From positions 1 through 28,708 of the forward strand of contig NW_021833478.1 of the NCBI RefSeq assembly GCF_006345805.1: a stretch of DNA of 28,708 bases. Direction: 5' to 3'. Made by a program: the position numbers and the translations under genes. Positions within the stretch are counted from its first letter, which is position 1. Every line of letters begins with the position of its first letter. The notes beneath the pieces are model-generated. The model was not told where the DNA came from. It did no database searches and saw only the letters and a program-made list of their open reading frames with translations. Of this stretch, positions 11,945 to 23,709 are shown piece after piece. Source of the DNA: Octopus sinensis. Its lineage: Eukaryota.

Positions 11945-12125
11945 TTCAACTAAAGACGCAAGGCCTGAAATTTTTAGGGTGGAGATAAGCCGATTATATC
12001 GACCCCAGTGCGTAACTGGTATTTAATCGACCCCGAAACGATGAAAGACAAAATCGGCCTCGGCAGAGTTAGAACTCCGAACGTAAAAGTAGACGAAACG
12101 CCGCTAAGCATTTTCCCCCGTCACT
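11945..12125 (-). mobile_element. SINE family C; further degraded C fragments at ~12160-12410 and ~12600-12770
   Basis: Reverse complement contains ATGCTTAGCGGCGTTTCGTC...TTTCGGGGTCGATTAAATACCAGTTACGCACTGGGGTCGATATAATCG. Confidence 0.85.
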
Positions 12126-12979
12126 CTATCGATCTTACCACCCATCACTCAGTTTTTGTTAAGATTCCTTTAAATTGGCACAAGTCCGAAATTTGCGAGG
12201 TCGATGAAATTGTTTCTCGAAGACTTGATTGCTGCTTTTATAAACTTCTACAGAATGGAAGTGGACATCGATACGGCAGACTCAAATAAAATATATTTTA
12301 TTGTATTTCTTCCGTTCTTTTACGTCCTCACTTCGAACCCAGCTGAGTCCGACTTTACCGCTCATCTTTGTGCAGTCGACAGATATAAAATGCCAAGCAT
12401 CCAGTTGGGTTTTCTTCTTTCTTCAGGCTTCACCGTCTTCCTCACTCCCCACCTCTGTCTCTCTATCTTTGTATGTTTGTCTGTCTCTTAAAAGTGGCTA
12501 TAATCGATAATATAGTGTCTGGCAAAAAATAAAATATAAAAAACTCCAGGCGAAAGGTTATGGGAATCTCTTTTGAAGTCCCCTAAGATATTCATTAGAG
12601 TATCTTAGTATTTGCCAAGGAAGTCACCAGGGGATGCAGTCGTATTAATGACGTAAGGAAGGATTAAGAACAAATTCAATCGTGACGGAATTTCAACTTG
12701 GAATGTAAATGAACCTAACAAAAATACCACGAAATATTTCGTCCATTGCTCCAACTATTCGTCACCTTACATTAACTTCTAATTAAAATAAAAAGAAAAT
12801 CTTTTTGTTCTTCTACTTTATATTTGCATTGATGAATAATAAATTCATTGATATTTGCATTTATGAATATTAATTACATAGGCTGTTGTTGTGTTTGTTT
12901 CTTGAAACACAAATTGATGGGTTGAGTAAAGAATAGTTTTAGCCGTATGCTCAGAGGCCAGGACTTTCAGCTATCGCAT

Positions 12980-13088
12980 TATTAAGGAGTATCTTGTTAT
13001 TAACTAATCAAGGAGTATTTTGTCATACACTAATTTAGAATTATTTTGTTATAAAACTAATTAAAGATTATATTATTAACTAATCAAC
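12980..13088. repeat. Degenerate ~25-bp minisatellite, about 4 units
   Basis: AAGGAGTATCTTGTTATTAACTAATC / AAGGAGTATTTTGTCATACACTAATT / TAGAATTATTTTGTTATAAAACTAATT / AAAGATTATATTATTAACTAATC. Confidence 0.75.
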
Positions 13089-13340
13089 TCGTTAATGCCC
13101 CAAGAAACTATACATGGAGATCGTTAAAACAATAGGTAAATATTTCGTTTTCAAAAACTCTTCATATACACAAGCTATTGGGTTATCTCCCTTTTATAGT
13201 TTCTTCTGCCATTTTGTCTTCTCGTTTTTGTTAAAAGTCAATACAAAGGTAGAATATAGCAGTCAATCCACTTGGACGTATTCATCTTTTATGTCAGAAG
13301 GATTTTGTCGTACAACTGGCATTCATTATTGGGAATTTTT

Positions 13341-13700
13341 AAGGTGGCGATCTGACAGAATCGTTGACGCGTCGGACAAAATGTTTAGTTCATTTTCTAC
13401 AAAGGTCAATTTTTCGTTTCATCTGTTTGGGGTTGATAATACAAGTATTGGTTGAATACAGGAATCGATGCACTAGTGTAGCTAGGGTGTGTGGGGCCGT
13501 GGCGGCCCTTCCGTTTGCTGTCCTTGGACCCCTCAAAAGACACATACTGCCTAGAGCAGACCCAAAAGTGCCGCCCCTCTAAAAATGCCGCCCGCGGCGG
13601 AACGCCCCTGCCGCCCCTTGCTAGCTACGCTAATGGATCGTTGTAATCGATTAAAACGCTGATCCCAAATTTCAAGTCTTGAGCCTATGATAAAAGGGTT
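13341..13700 (+). mobile_element. Degraded SINE family C interrupted by a MITE
   Basis: AAGGTGGCGATCTGACAGAATCGTT... resumes as TAATCGA...TCCCAAATTTCAAGTCTTGAGCCTA after the insert. Confidence 0.75.
13471..13635. mobile_element. 165-bp GC-rich hAT-like MITE
   Basis: TIRs CACTAGTGTAGCTAG / CTAGCTACGCTAATG (13/15). Imperfect 8-bp TSD AATCGATG (13463-13470) / GATCGTTG (13636-13643). Confidence 0.8.
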
Positions 13701-13712
13701 AATAGGAACCCT

Positions 13713-14103
13713 TAAGGCTGTGAGCTTGTTGGCTCGTAGGGTGTAATGTTTGGCGACACTTCTGACTTATTAATTTTTGAGCTCAAATGCCACCGATATC
13801 GACTTTGTGTTTCAATCTTTCGGGGCCTTTAGAATAAGCACTAGGCAAGCACTGCAGCCGTTGGAATTGACTAGTCCCTCCCTTCAAATCTGTTGGCTTT
13901 ATGCCGGAACGAGTAGAAAGAACTGTTAACAATCCTTGAGGCGATGAGCTGGCAGAATAGTTAGTACGCCGGAGTAAATGCTTAGCGGCATTTCATCCGA
14001 CTTCACTTTCTGAGTTCAAATTCCACCGAGATCGATTTTGCCTTTCATTCTTTCGGGGTCGATAAATTAAGTACCAGTGAATCACTGGGGGGTCAATGTA
14101 ATC
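13713..14103 (+). mobile_element. Two tandem SINE family C copies (~13713-13920 degraded; 13938-14103 3'-truncated)
   Basis: GAGGCGATGAGCTGGCAGAATAGTTAG...GAGTTCAAATTCCACCGAG...TTTCGGGGTCGATAAATTAAGTACCAG. Confidence 0.82.
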
Positions 14104-14122
14104 AACAACAACAGCAGCAACA

Positions 14123-14627
14123 GTGGAAGGGTAATGGCCCAGTGGTTAGGGTAGCGGACTCGCGGTCGTAAGAACGCGATTTCGATTCCCAGACCGAGGA
14201 TTGTGAGTGTTTATTAAGCTCCACAAGGCTCCGGTGAGGATGGGGTGAACCCCACTGTACTCTTTCACCACAACTTTCTCTCACTCTTTCTTCCTACTTC
14301 TGCCACAAAGCAGAGGAACTAGTCTAGATTGCGAATCATCTGTACCCCAGGATTGTCCAGTTCTCCACCCGTCAAAAGCCACCGTTTACGGAATGAGGAT
14401 AACAACGTAGCTTTCGCGCCCGTGCAATCCCCAGTCTATCGCGTGTGGTAGGTGGATCTTCAAGTTGCCGCACGCATTCTTAGTAGCTTAGAGTAGGCTC
14501 GAATTAGAGATTATTCTTTGTGGCTAATGGCATGAGTCCTGACTGGAAGAAGAAGAAGAAGAAGAAGAAGAAGAAGAAGAAGAAGAAGAAGAAGAAGAAG
14601 AAGAAGAAGAAGAAGAAGAAGAAGAAG
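14123..14627 (+). mobile_element. tRNA-derived SINE, head B + tail T3 ending in (GAA)n
   Basis: Head aligns to B through CTTTCTCTCACTCTTTCTTCCTACTTCT (14301). About 245 bp of unrelated sequence follow, then (GAA)n at 14546-14627. Confidence 0.8.
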
Positions 14628-16732
14628 CAACAACAACAACAACAATAACCATCACAACAACTGATTGTCTTCTGGAATTGTTTTCAGTAAAAACAATTTT
14701 GTCATAATAGCAACCATATCTATTATGGATATTCTATGAAAATATGTTAGAACAGTGAAAGCGGTGCTCCAGTATAACGTTGGTTCTGATGGCTAAAACA
14801 AGCCAAAGAACTACAGAATATGTTAGCAAGGTAATTTTTGATAATGTTAAATGGTTAAATGGTTAATTTGATACGCGATACGCCTCACTATCTTGTTTTT
14901 TTTATTTGCTATTTTTTATTTTGTAGCGGGCGAAAAAGAAAGCAAAAGGATAATAAAGCAGAATACAAACAAAATATAACAAAGATTATAAAAGTAGAAA
15001 AAAAAAGATATAAAATCTCATAGCTGTAACGGCGGCCATTAAAGCAGAGAAAATACCAGGCTGCCATTTGCAAATGGAAGGTAAATCAGTAAGGAATGGT
15101 GGAAAAAAATAGTTAAATGCCACAGGAAGACCTGAAAATTGGCAGGAATAAACGTAGCGTTTTAACGAAGGTCGTAACTTATTCACATTTATTTAAACTT
15201 ATTAATTACTTAATTATATGATTAAACAATCTATTAATTAGAAAATGTATTCAAACTTATAATCTCAGGGTAAAAAAAAATAAACAAACGGAACAAAACA
15301 AAACAAAAAACAAAACGAAACAAAAACAAACAAGCAATAAATAAAAGGCAACCAGTGACAGCAAAAAAAAAAATAAATGAATAAATAAATATGCGAATGA
15401 ATAAAAAATATATATAATTACATAACATCAATTAGATAAATTAGAACCCGAACGTGTTGCATTTAAGAAAAATAACTACGGTTCAACACGCACGCACTTT
15501 CACACACATACGCTAATGCATGCACACACACACACACGGTACCCCCCACACATATCCACACATTCTCTCTCTCTCTCTCTGAATTTATAGATTTTCTGTC
15601 TTTCTTTATCTCTCTCTCGCCCTCTCTCTGCCATACACACATACGACACTATTCTCTCACTTTCTTTCACTCTGTTTCTTTAATCTATCTCTCTTTCTGT
15701 GTGTGTATCTCTCTCTCTCTCTCTTTCTTTCTCTCTTTCTCTTTCATTCGCTTCCCTAACCATCATTATAAAAACATAAAAATTTAGAAGAAAAAAAACC
15801 CCGGAAAATTCAAGAACAAGCAGCAATTGAACGCAATAAAAAATTATCAATAAAATAAATAAAAAAATGATAATGAAATAACAAAAAACAAAACAATATA
15901 ATTCTGCAAAAAAAAGAATAATTTTTTTAATCGATTAAACTAAGAAAAACAAAACACAACATATGCAAAAAACAAAACGAAAACAAAAAAACGCAAACAA
16001 TATCAATAATAACAATAACAATTATTGCTGGAAAATATAAAAAAAAAACAACAACAATAACAACAGCAACAACAATAACAAGAATAATCACAACAATAAA
16101 TGCTGAAGATATTGCATAGTAATTAGTTGACACACATTTAAACAGACATTGAGCGAGGACGAGGCTGAGTAAAATTAGCATTCAAAGATATTCCACGCCA
16201 TTTGTTCAGACAAGCAATCACATTACATCCTACGAAATTAGCATATAAACATTCAATATTTCAGTTAATGGTCATTGGCAATGATGTGGTCAGCACTAAA
16301 AAATACAGCAATAACACATGAAGTCTTCAGTGAGATTTTGATGACTTTGAAATTGACGATGGCGTAGCGGTTTCGATATCAGGTGGTTAGGAAACGTTCG
16401 TTATAATTATTGAAAGGTGGGTGAATGTTGGAAGAATGGCTTGTGTGAAAGAATCAATTCTCAGCGCGTACCTATAAAAAGGAAATTAAAGGAGAAGGGC
16501 TCTTGATTTGTAGATCAAGCACCTGTGGTTTTCCTGGGTTTTTCCACGAGGACCTTAAAGCGCCTCCCCTATTGGGTGTTAAAATTGGTTAAATTTTAAT
16601 TGTTATTCAAATTGTTTAGACGCGGAAAACCTATTGTATCGTCCTGTTTTTATCTTTTATGTTGTAGCATGTCTTTTAATGTTATATCATGTGAGCCCTT
16701 GTGGTTAATAAAAGAATGAATTATTATTATTA

Positions 16733-16794
<62 letters not shown>

Positions 16795-16798
16795 GTTA

Positions 16799-17202
16799 GA
16801 CATAGGAGTGACTGTGTGAAAAGTAGCTTGCTTACCAGCCACATGGTTCCGGGTTCAGTCCCACACTGTGGCACCTTGGGCAAGTGCCTTCTACTATAGC
16901 CTCAGGCCGACCAAAGCCTTGTGAGTAGATTTGGTAGACGGAAACTGAAAGAAGCCCGTCGTATATATGTATATATAATATATAATGTGTGTGTGTGTGT
17001 GTGTGTATGTTTGTGTGCCTGTGTTTGTTCCCCCAATATCGCTTGACAACCGATGTTGGTGTGTTTACGTCCCCGTAACTTAGCGGTTCGGCAAAAGAGA
17101 CCGATAAGTCCTGGAATCGATTTGCTCAACTTAATGCGGTGCTCCAGTATGGCCACAGTCATATGACTGAAACAAATAAAAGAGTAAAATAGTAAAAGAG
17201 TA
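16799..17202 (+). mobile_element. SINE family A, near full length, preceded by (ATT)n at 16720-16795
   Basis: Aligns with the other A copies; (AAAAGAGT)n tail. Confidence 0.93.
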
Positions 17203-17241
17203 TTATTAATTAGCATAAAGCCATTAAGTTAGTGTTCAATG

Positions 17242-17552
17242 GTGAGGGCGCGTGGCTTAGTGGTTACGGTGCTCGGCTCACGATCGTGAGTTCGGTTCTG
17301 GGTGGCGCGTTGTGGCCGTGAGCAAGAAACTTTATTTCACTTTACTCCAGGTCACTCAGCTGGCACAGTTGAGTTTTACGTTTAATTCAAAGAACCGACT
17401 TTGTCACACTCTGTGTCACACTGAATCTGCCTGAGAATTACATTAAGGGTGCGAGTGTCTGTGGAGTGCTCAGCCACTTGCACCTCAATTTCATGAGCAG
17501 GCTGTTCCGTTGATCGGTTCAACCGGAACGCTCATCATCGTAACCGACGGAG
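17242..17552 (+). mobile_element. tRNA-derived SINE, head D + tail T1
   Basis: Head GTGAGGGCGCGTGGCTTAGTGGTTA and CORE-like domain. The 3' part TTGTCAC.CTCTGTGTCAC...CGTAACCGACGGAG matches the tail of 11535 and 22684. Confidence 0.87.
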
Positions 17553-17631
17553 AACCTGTTTTGTTTTAAAATTAGCATATAAACATTCCGTACATCAGTC
17601 ATTGCACATTGACAGTGATATAAGCAGTATT

Positions 17632-17767
17632 CAAATTCCGCCGAAGTCGACTTTTCCTTTCATCCTTTTGGGTTCGATAAATTAAGTACCAGTTGCGTAC
17701 TGGGGTTAATCTCATCGACTGGCCCCTCCCCCAAAATCTCGGGCCTTGTGCCTTGAGTAGAAAAGGT
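17632..17767 (+). mobile_element. 5'-truncated SINE family C with 13-bp TSD
   Basis: TATAAGCAGTATT (17619-17631) / TATAGGCAGTATT (17768-17780). Confidence 0.88.
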
Positions 17768-18172
17768 TATAGGCAGTATTAAAAATATAGCAGCAACACA
17801 AAAGCTCTTTTCAGAGCTTTAGGATCACTTCGATATTGACGGCGTCGTAGCGGTTTCAATTCCAGGTGATAAACGTTCCATTTTATTTTTAGAAATTTAC
17901 ATATAAGTGGTGCCCCAGCATAGCCACATCCTTGGAGCAGAAATATATAAAAGAATAAAATAATAATAAAGCAATCATTTTGTCAGTTATCGTTCATCGA
18001 CAATGTTGTGGTCAACATTAAAAATACAGCAGCAGCACGGAACTTCACTGATCTTTAAAATGGCTTTCAAATTGATGATGACATAGCGGTTTCGATTCCA
18101 GTAGCTGCTAAATGTTCCATGTAACTATTTTTTAAAACTAGAATATAAGCGTTCAGTATGTCAACTAACGTT

Positions 18173-18348
18173 AAAGTCGGCGAGCTGGCAGGACGTATTA
18201 CGATTAACGGCATTTCGTATATTTTAACGTTCTGAGTTCAAATTCCGCCTGGGTCGACTTTGCCTTTCGGGGTCGATGAAATAAATACTGGTTGAGACTT
18301 ACTCTCTACCCGAAATTACAGGCCTTGTGTCAAAAATCTGAAACCAAA
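18173..18348 (+). mobile_element. SINE family C with 15-bp TSD
   Basis: ATGTCAACTAACGTT (18158-18172) / ATGTCAACTGATGTT (18349-18363). Confidence 0.86.
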
Positions 18349-18410
18349 ATGTCAACTGATGTTCGTTGATGATGATGTGTGTGGTCAGGACTAAATATAA
18401 AGAAAACACA

Positions 18411-18708
18411 ACAGGCCGTTTATAACTGCCTGAGTATTCCAAAGACACGGTTTGCCTTAATGCAGTTTTTCAGTGGAATCAGCGTGACAGAGATTGTGAT
18501 AAGGAAGGTTGGACTCTTTGAGTCTCAAGTACACACAATCCGGTTCCCCACCGCAAATGATTTCATCCTCTCCATTTTCACTCGAAAGTTTTGCATCAGT
18601 TGGAGGCTACAGAAAACCACATTTCTCCGAGAGATCACGCGGTGGAATCGAACCCAAGTCCTGGTGACAGCGAAGACAAATTCTTATCCATTTGGCCATG
18701 TTGCTTCC
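18411..18708 (-). mobile_element. Old SINE, A-like head + tail T1
   Basis: Reverse complement: TGGCCAAATGGATAAG..GGGTTCGATTCCACCGCGTG..AAATGT..TGTAGCCTC (A-like), then CTCTGTCACGCTGA..CATTAAGG..CGTGTCTTTGGAATACTCAG (T1). Confidence 0.65.
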
Positions 18709-18725
18709 ATAGCTCTTTAAACTTT

Positions 18726-19510
18726 CACTTGTCGAAAGCCTTTTCATAAGTTTGTCCTAAACTTCTGAGCTTGTTTCCAGACTTTTCAATTAACCTTTGT
18801 TTCTAAGCAACATAAATCTTTCCTTGCGTAAGTCCCATGTTACTCTAAAGATTAAAAAGATATGAGTAACGTGTATCTCATATAATGCATGGAAACCAAG
18901 GAAATATGTCGTTTGTACTACACATGATAAACAGAACAGGCAAAGAGTTAGCTCTTCGTGGTACAGTTCTCTACTCGTCTCCTCATTCAACTCTTCTTGA
19001 CACTGACCATCCCAGACACTCGTTAATTGACCCTCTGCCTGACTAAAGTATTTTCGTAAGCTTTGTCGCAATCGTCGTCCATGCTTGTTTAGAAATTTGA
19101 TGCAGCTTTTTGTTTTGAACGTTCCAATTTATATAAAGCTTTCCTTTCATAAGTCCTAAGTTACTCTGGTGGTTGACAAAAAAAAAACGGGAATCTATAT
19201 CATATAAGATGACCGAACGCCTGAGAAATATACCCTGTGTGTCACATTTGATGCACAAGACGAGCAAAGGGTTAAAACACCTCTTGAGACTTGTGACATT
19301 CTAACACATACCACACGTCTTTTACAAGTTCGAGCCATTATTTTTGATCTTGTTAGATATTTCGGTTTCTTCTGGTAAAATATCATACCGCATACTTTTG
19401 CTTTTACGCAGCATTGATTTTTCTCTAACGTAATCCAGCAAACTAGTTAGCCTCTTAGGATCCTGGGAGATTACACAAGATTTTCATAATTACTATTTTA
19501 TAGTGTGATA
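18726..19510 (+). pseudogene. Decayed CR1/Jockey-group LINE reverse transcriptase fragment
   Basis: Collinear motif remnants across frameshifts: HLSKAF (18726-18743, cf. DLSKAFD), SFL, broken NAG.PQG (~18884-18902), broken ADD region (~18952-18975), RNLMQ (19091-19105), GLKHLL (19269-19286), QVR (19325-19333, cf. QVRP.MEY), LFY (19493-19501). Confidence 0.55.
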
Positions 19511-20219
19511 AATTTATGAACGCATGGTGAGAATAATCTTGGCTGGCAATAAAAGAACAATTTAACGCAATATGGCCCTGCATTAACTTGGCTCAAATAG
19601 AAGAAATGACACTCTTAATGCAGAGATACTCATTATAGTAAGTCGATGTGAAATGGCGTCCTTCTCGTTGGTAATAAAAATTGGTTTCAAAATAGGTTCT
19701 CAGTCACAGATGATGTCAATTCTAATTATTCGTACAACACACAACCTACATCAACATCAGCTATAAAAAAAAAGCAAGCCAAAATAAAAGGAAAAGAAAG
19801 CATTCAAAGAATGTAAAAAGAAGACAATGAGGAAAAAATCGAAAAAGAATTAGAGAATAGAATTTTCTTTAGGAGAGACAAAATGCATAAGAAATCCAAC
19901 ATGATTGAGGGCGGAAAGTTCCAAAAAAGAAAAGAGAAAAAAAGTCTCGTCCAAAATACTGAGGCTTTTATTAAAGGAAGGATTACAGTCTCCATACCAG
20001 GTCAACACCGCAGCATCATGGTATTAGTTCTTTTAATTCTTAACTTAGACATCAAAACAACATCAGCAACAATTCTTGACTCCCAAATCAAGAATTGCAA
20101 AAATTTGTATTCAAGATCTTAAGCAAGTTTTTTTTACATCTTCGTTAGCTTTTTTTGTGAATTTTATTTTTATCATTATTGTCTTGTTAATTAGTACCTT
20201 AAAAGATAGAGATACCTAT

Positions 20220-20622
20220 ATCACACACATTCACACACAGTTACACACGCACACGCAGACACACGCACAAACACACTCAGACACAGTCACACACACACAC
20301 GCTCACACAAACGCAAGCACACATGTGTATAAATATATATTTATATGTATATGTATGTATGTGTGTATGTATGCATATATCATACACACACACACACATA
20401 CACATATATATGTATACACATACATACATATATATGTTTATGTATGTAAGTTCACATATATAGAAGCATTCACACGTACGTATATATACCTATATAAATG
20501 TATATATAAATATAAATATGTATATATGTATGTATATATGTATATATATACATATATATATACTTATGCATAATATAAATATATATATTTAATTATATAT
20601 ACAGAGTTTTATATATATGCAT

Positions 20623-20672
<50 letters not shown>

Positions 20673-20705
20673 TATAAATAAATTATATATATATATATAT
20701 ATATG
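20220..20705. repeat. Compound (CA)n/(TA)n/(TATG)n tract; similar tract at 21175-21640
   Basis: Directly visible. Confidence 0.93.
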
Positions 20706-21642
20706 ACATAATGTATATAGTAATGAAAGCCTGACGTAACCGGTAATGAAAGCAGGCTATTATTTTATCATTTCTTTTTCCCTCTTCTCTCCTGGACATT
20801 GTGAAACTGAAAATAAAATGGCATCGTTAAGCTAAAAACAAGAGATTATCTAAGAAGATAAGGCTTAGGGGGCGCCACCAATCTCGAAGCAAGGCTTAAC
20901 TAAGATGAGATTTGGCGCGTTCATGACTATCTCTATGTTATTTTTCTCGGCATTTTTTTTTATATTTCTTGATTTGTTTTAGATAAATTTATTTATATTT
21001 TTTAAATATTTTAAAAGAATTTTTTCTTTTATGTCGCAAGAAGTTTCTAAGTTTTGAAATTGCAAGAAATTCTGACGACTTGATTTTAGATTTGCTTAAG
21101 AGAAAGATAAAAGCGCAACAAATAAATATATACAACAATACAAATAAAACCGGTGCAGTGTAAATTTTCTTGAACATATATTTATATATTTATATTTTAC
21201 TAACTCATTACAATATGTATGTGTGTTTATGTGTGTGTATATATATGTATATATTTGTGTGTGTATGTGTGTGTGTATGTATGTATATACATATGTATAT
21301 ATATATGTACATATATATGTATATGTGTATACATATATGTAGGTATTTGTATGTATGTATATATATAATATATTATATATATATATATATTATATATATA
21401 TATATAATGTGTTGGTGTGTGTGTGTGTGTGTGTGTGTGGTGTGTATGTATATGGGTATGAACGTTTACATGAGAAGAAAATCAATTATATATTTTACTT
21501 CGTCAGCACCATATATATATATATATATACTACCTACCAGCCTAAACACACACACACCACACACACACACATACACACGCACACATATGTATATATATTA
21601 TGTGTGTGTAGGTTGGTAGGTAGTTATATATATATATGTATA

Positions 21643-22014
21643 CTAGCAGTATCGCCCGGCGTTGCTCGGGTTTGTAAGGGAAATAACTATAAAGCATTTT
21701 TAGAGAGTTATAGCCAAAAAATGGAAAAAAAGTGATGGTAAATTTTTTTTTTAGTTAAAAAGGTCGAGTTGCGTCCCCTAGACAGTCCGTGGTTTGTGTT
21801 TCTGATTCTCGACCCCATGTCGAATTTATCGATTTTTTTCAGAACTGGGGGAACTTTTCAAAATTTTCGCTGCGTTAGTTTTGAATTATGACATTGGGCT
21901 ATGTGTGTGTCAAGTTTCATCAGAATCGGTTGAAAGCCGTGGTCAGGGTGAGGGTACAACCTAACAGACACACAGAAATACACACAGACAAACTGCCGTT
22001 TATATATAGAGAGA
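21643..22014 (-). mobile_element. Complete 372-bp non-autonomous Helitron
   Basis: Minus strand A|TCTCTCTATATATAAACGG ... ACCCGAGCAACGCCGGGC-GATACTG-CTAG|T: 5' TC, subterminal GC-rich hairpin (21654-21671), 3' CTAG, inserted between A and T with no TSD. Confidence 0.88.
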
Positions 22015-22095
22015 TGTATATATATAGGCATTTATCTCTAGCTTTTGGAGTAAGAATTATATATAATCTATGTGCGACATTGTGCGTCTGTGTGT

Positions 22096-22131
<36 letters not shown>

Positions 22132-22191
22132 TGCATGATGCCAAAAAAACATAAGCCGTCGATTCAGGAGCGGCATTGTCCAGTGTGTTGG

Positions 22192-22387
22192 CAATATCTC
22201 TATGTAGATGGATGTTCTAGAGGTGGTAGTTGTTTTGTGAAGTAATCACACCACACACACACACATACACACATACACACACGCGCGCGCGCACACATAT
22301 ACATATATATGCACACACACACAATCAAACAGAAGCATGCCATACATACAGATATATACATGGACAAAGAGATACGAAGTTGGAAAC
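22192..22387 (+). repeat. Segment with an inverted homologue at 26817-27010
   Basis: GAGGTGGTAGTTGTTTTGTGAAGTAATCACA..(CA)n..CATGGACAAAGAGATACGAAGTTGGAAAC vs reverse complement GAGGTGATAGGTGTTTCGTGAAGCAATCACA..CATGCACAAAGAGATACGAATTTGGAAAC. Confidence 0.85.
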
Positions 22388-22683
22388 AGGTACGTTGCTA
22401 TGTTTTATGTTTTACGCGTCTGCCAAAGAAAATGATAAACGAAATTATAATATATAAAAAAAAAAATCAAACAAAATATTTCCTATTAGAACTTAGATAA
22501 CGGGATCAAAATAAATATAAATAAAATTCACTTTTGCCTTTATAGCGTCGCGAGTCGTGATTGTAAAGTAGTTCAGCAGACCACAGAGAATGTAATTAAG
22601 AATGTTCCATCTTTATTGATTGCTTTTTACAAGCTTTAGAATTGGTAAAATTGCTAGAGCGACACGAAAAGTACCCTTGCGGC

Positions 22684-23058
22684 GTGGAGGTGCAATGACC
22701 CAGTGGTTAGGGCAGCGGACTCGCGGTCATAGGATCGCGGTTTCGATTCCCAGACCGGGCGTTATGAGTGTTTATTGAGCGAAAACACCTAAAGCTCCAC
22801 GAGGCTCCGGCAGGGGATGGTGGTGATCCCTGCTGTACTCTTTCACCACAACTTTCTCTCACTCTTACTTCCTGTTTCTGTTGTACCTGTATTTCAAAGG
22901 GCCGGCCTTGTCACTCTCTGTGTCACGCTGAATATCCCCGAGAACTACGTTAAGGGTACACGTGTCTGTGGAGTGCTCAGCCACTTACACGTTAATTTCA
23001 CGAGCAGGCTGTTCCGTTGATTCGGATCAACCGGAACCTTCGTCGTCATGCTTCCATC
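22684..23058 (+). mobile_element. SINE head B + tail T1 with perfect 11-bp TSD
   Basis: TSD ACCCTTGCGGC at 22673-22683 and 23059-23069; near-identical to 11535-11920. Confidence 0.95.
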
Positions 23059-23155
23059 ACCCTTGCGGCATTCCTTCCGACTCTGTACGCTTTGAGTTCA
23101 ACTTTGTCCTCCGTCCTTTTAGGGTCGAAAAACATAAAGCACCAGTCACTAGTGG

Positions 23156-23414
23156 TCTTTTATTCTTTTACTTGTTTTAGTCATTTGGCTGCAGCCAAGC
23201 TGGAGCACTGTCTTTTAGTTGAACAAATCGACTGCAGGAGTTATGCTTTGTACGCCTTCTACTTATTCTATCGCTATCTTTTTGCCGAAGCGTTAATGTT
23301 ACGGGGACGTAAACACACCAACATCGGTTATCAAGCGACGGTGGGAGGACAAACACTAACACACAAATACATACACACACAAATACATACACACACACAC
23401 TAACATACATACAT

Positions 23415-23445
<31 letters not shown>

Positions 23446-23612
23446 AACATGACGGGCTTCTTTCAGTTTCCGCCTACCAAATCCACTGACAAGGCTTTGA
23501 TCGGCCCGAAGCTATAGTAGAAGACACTTGCCCAAAGTGCCTCGCAGTGGGACTGAATCTGGAACCATGTGGTTGGGAAGCAAGCTTCTTACCACACAGC
23601 CACTCCTGCGCC
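23156..23612 (-). mobile_element. SINE family A, full length
   Basis: Reverse complement starts GGCGCAGGAGTGGCTGTGTGGTAAGAAGCTTGC and ends AAGTAAAAGAATAAAAGA. Confidence 0.93.
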
Positions 23613-23709
23613 TTGTTTGAGAAGTAGTCATCACTTACCAATACCGTTCTCTCAAAACTACTGGCCTCTTGCCTAAGTTAGAAACAAGTCAGAAATAAGG
23701 CAGAAATAA

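Larger units (their letters stand above)
16236..18410 (+). repeat. Ancient degenerate ~180-bp tandem repeat (at least 4 units) fragmented by SINE insertions
   Basis: Units start at ~16236, ~17569, ~17893 and ~18135. Shared motifs: AAATTAGCATATAAACATTC, GTGGTCA.CA.TAAAAATACAGCA, AATTGA.G.TG.C.TAGCGGTTTC.AT.CAG. Confidence 0.78.
22631..23690 (+). mobile_element. Old SINE family C copy split in three (22631-22683, 23070-23155, 23613-23690) by younger SINEs
   Basis: Joined pieces give a collinear degenerate C element: TTGGTAAAATTGCTAG..TTGCGGCATT..TGAGTTCAA..TCCTTTTAGGGTCGA..AAGCACCAGT..CTGGCCTCTTGCCTAAGTTAGAAAC. Confidence 0.65.

Noticed and set aside
15180-15245. Cluster of TAAT/ATTA homeodomain-like sites
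   Set aside because: Expected in very AT-rich DNA; a regulatory role cannot be supported from sequence alone.
18790-19275. piggyBac-like MITE (TTAA-CCTTTG ... CAAAGGG-TTAA)
   Set aside because: The TIR match is only about 6 bp, and LINE RT motifs run across both putative ends.
20720-20760. CTGACGT...GAAA hammerhead-like string
   Set aside because: No stem II, no UH cleavage site; explained by a TAATGAAAGC direct repeat.
20872-20920. Small hairpin GCGCCA..AATCTC / GAGATTTGGCGC
   Set aside because: A 12-bp bulged stem with no other support; compatible with chance.
21910-21930. Isolated CUGANGA boxes (here on the minus strand; also ~5912, 8158, 16103, 16324, 21499)
   Set aside because: No hairpin plus GAAA and stem I at the correct spacing; such 6-base matches are expected by chance.
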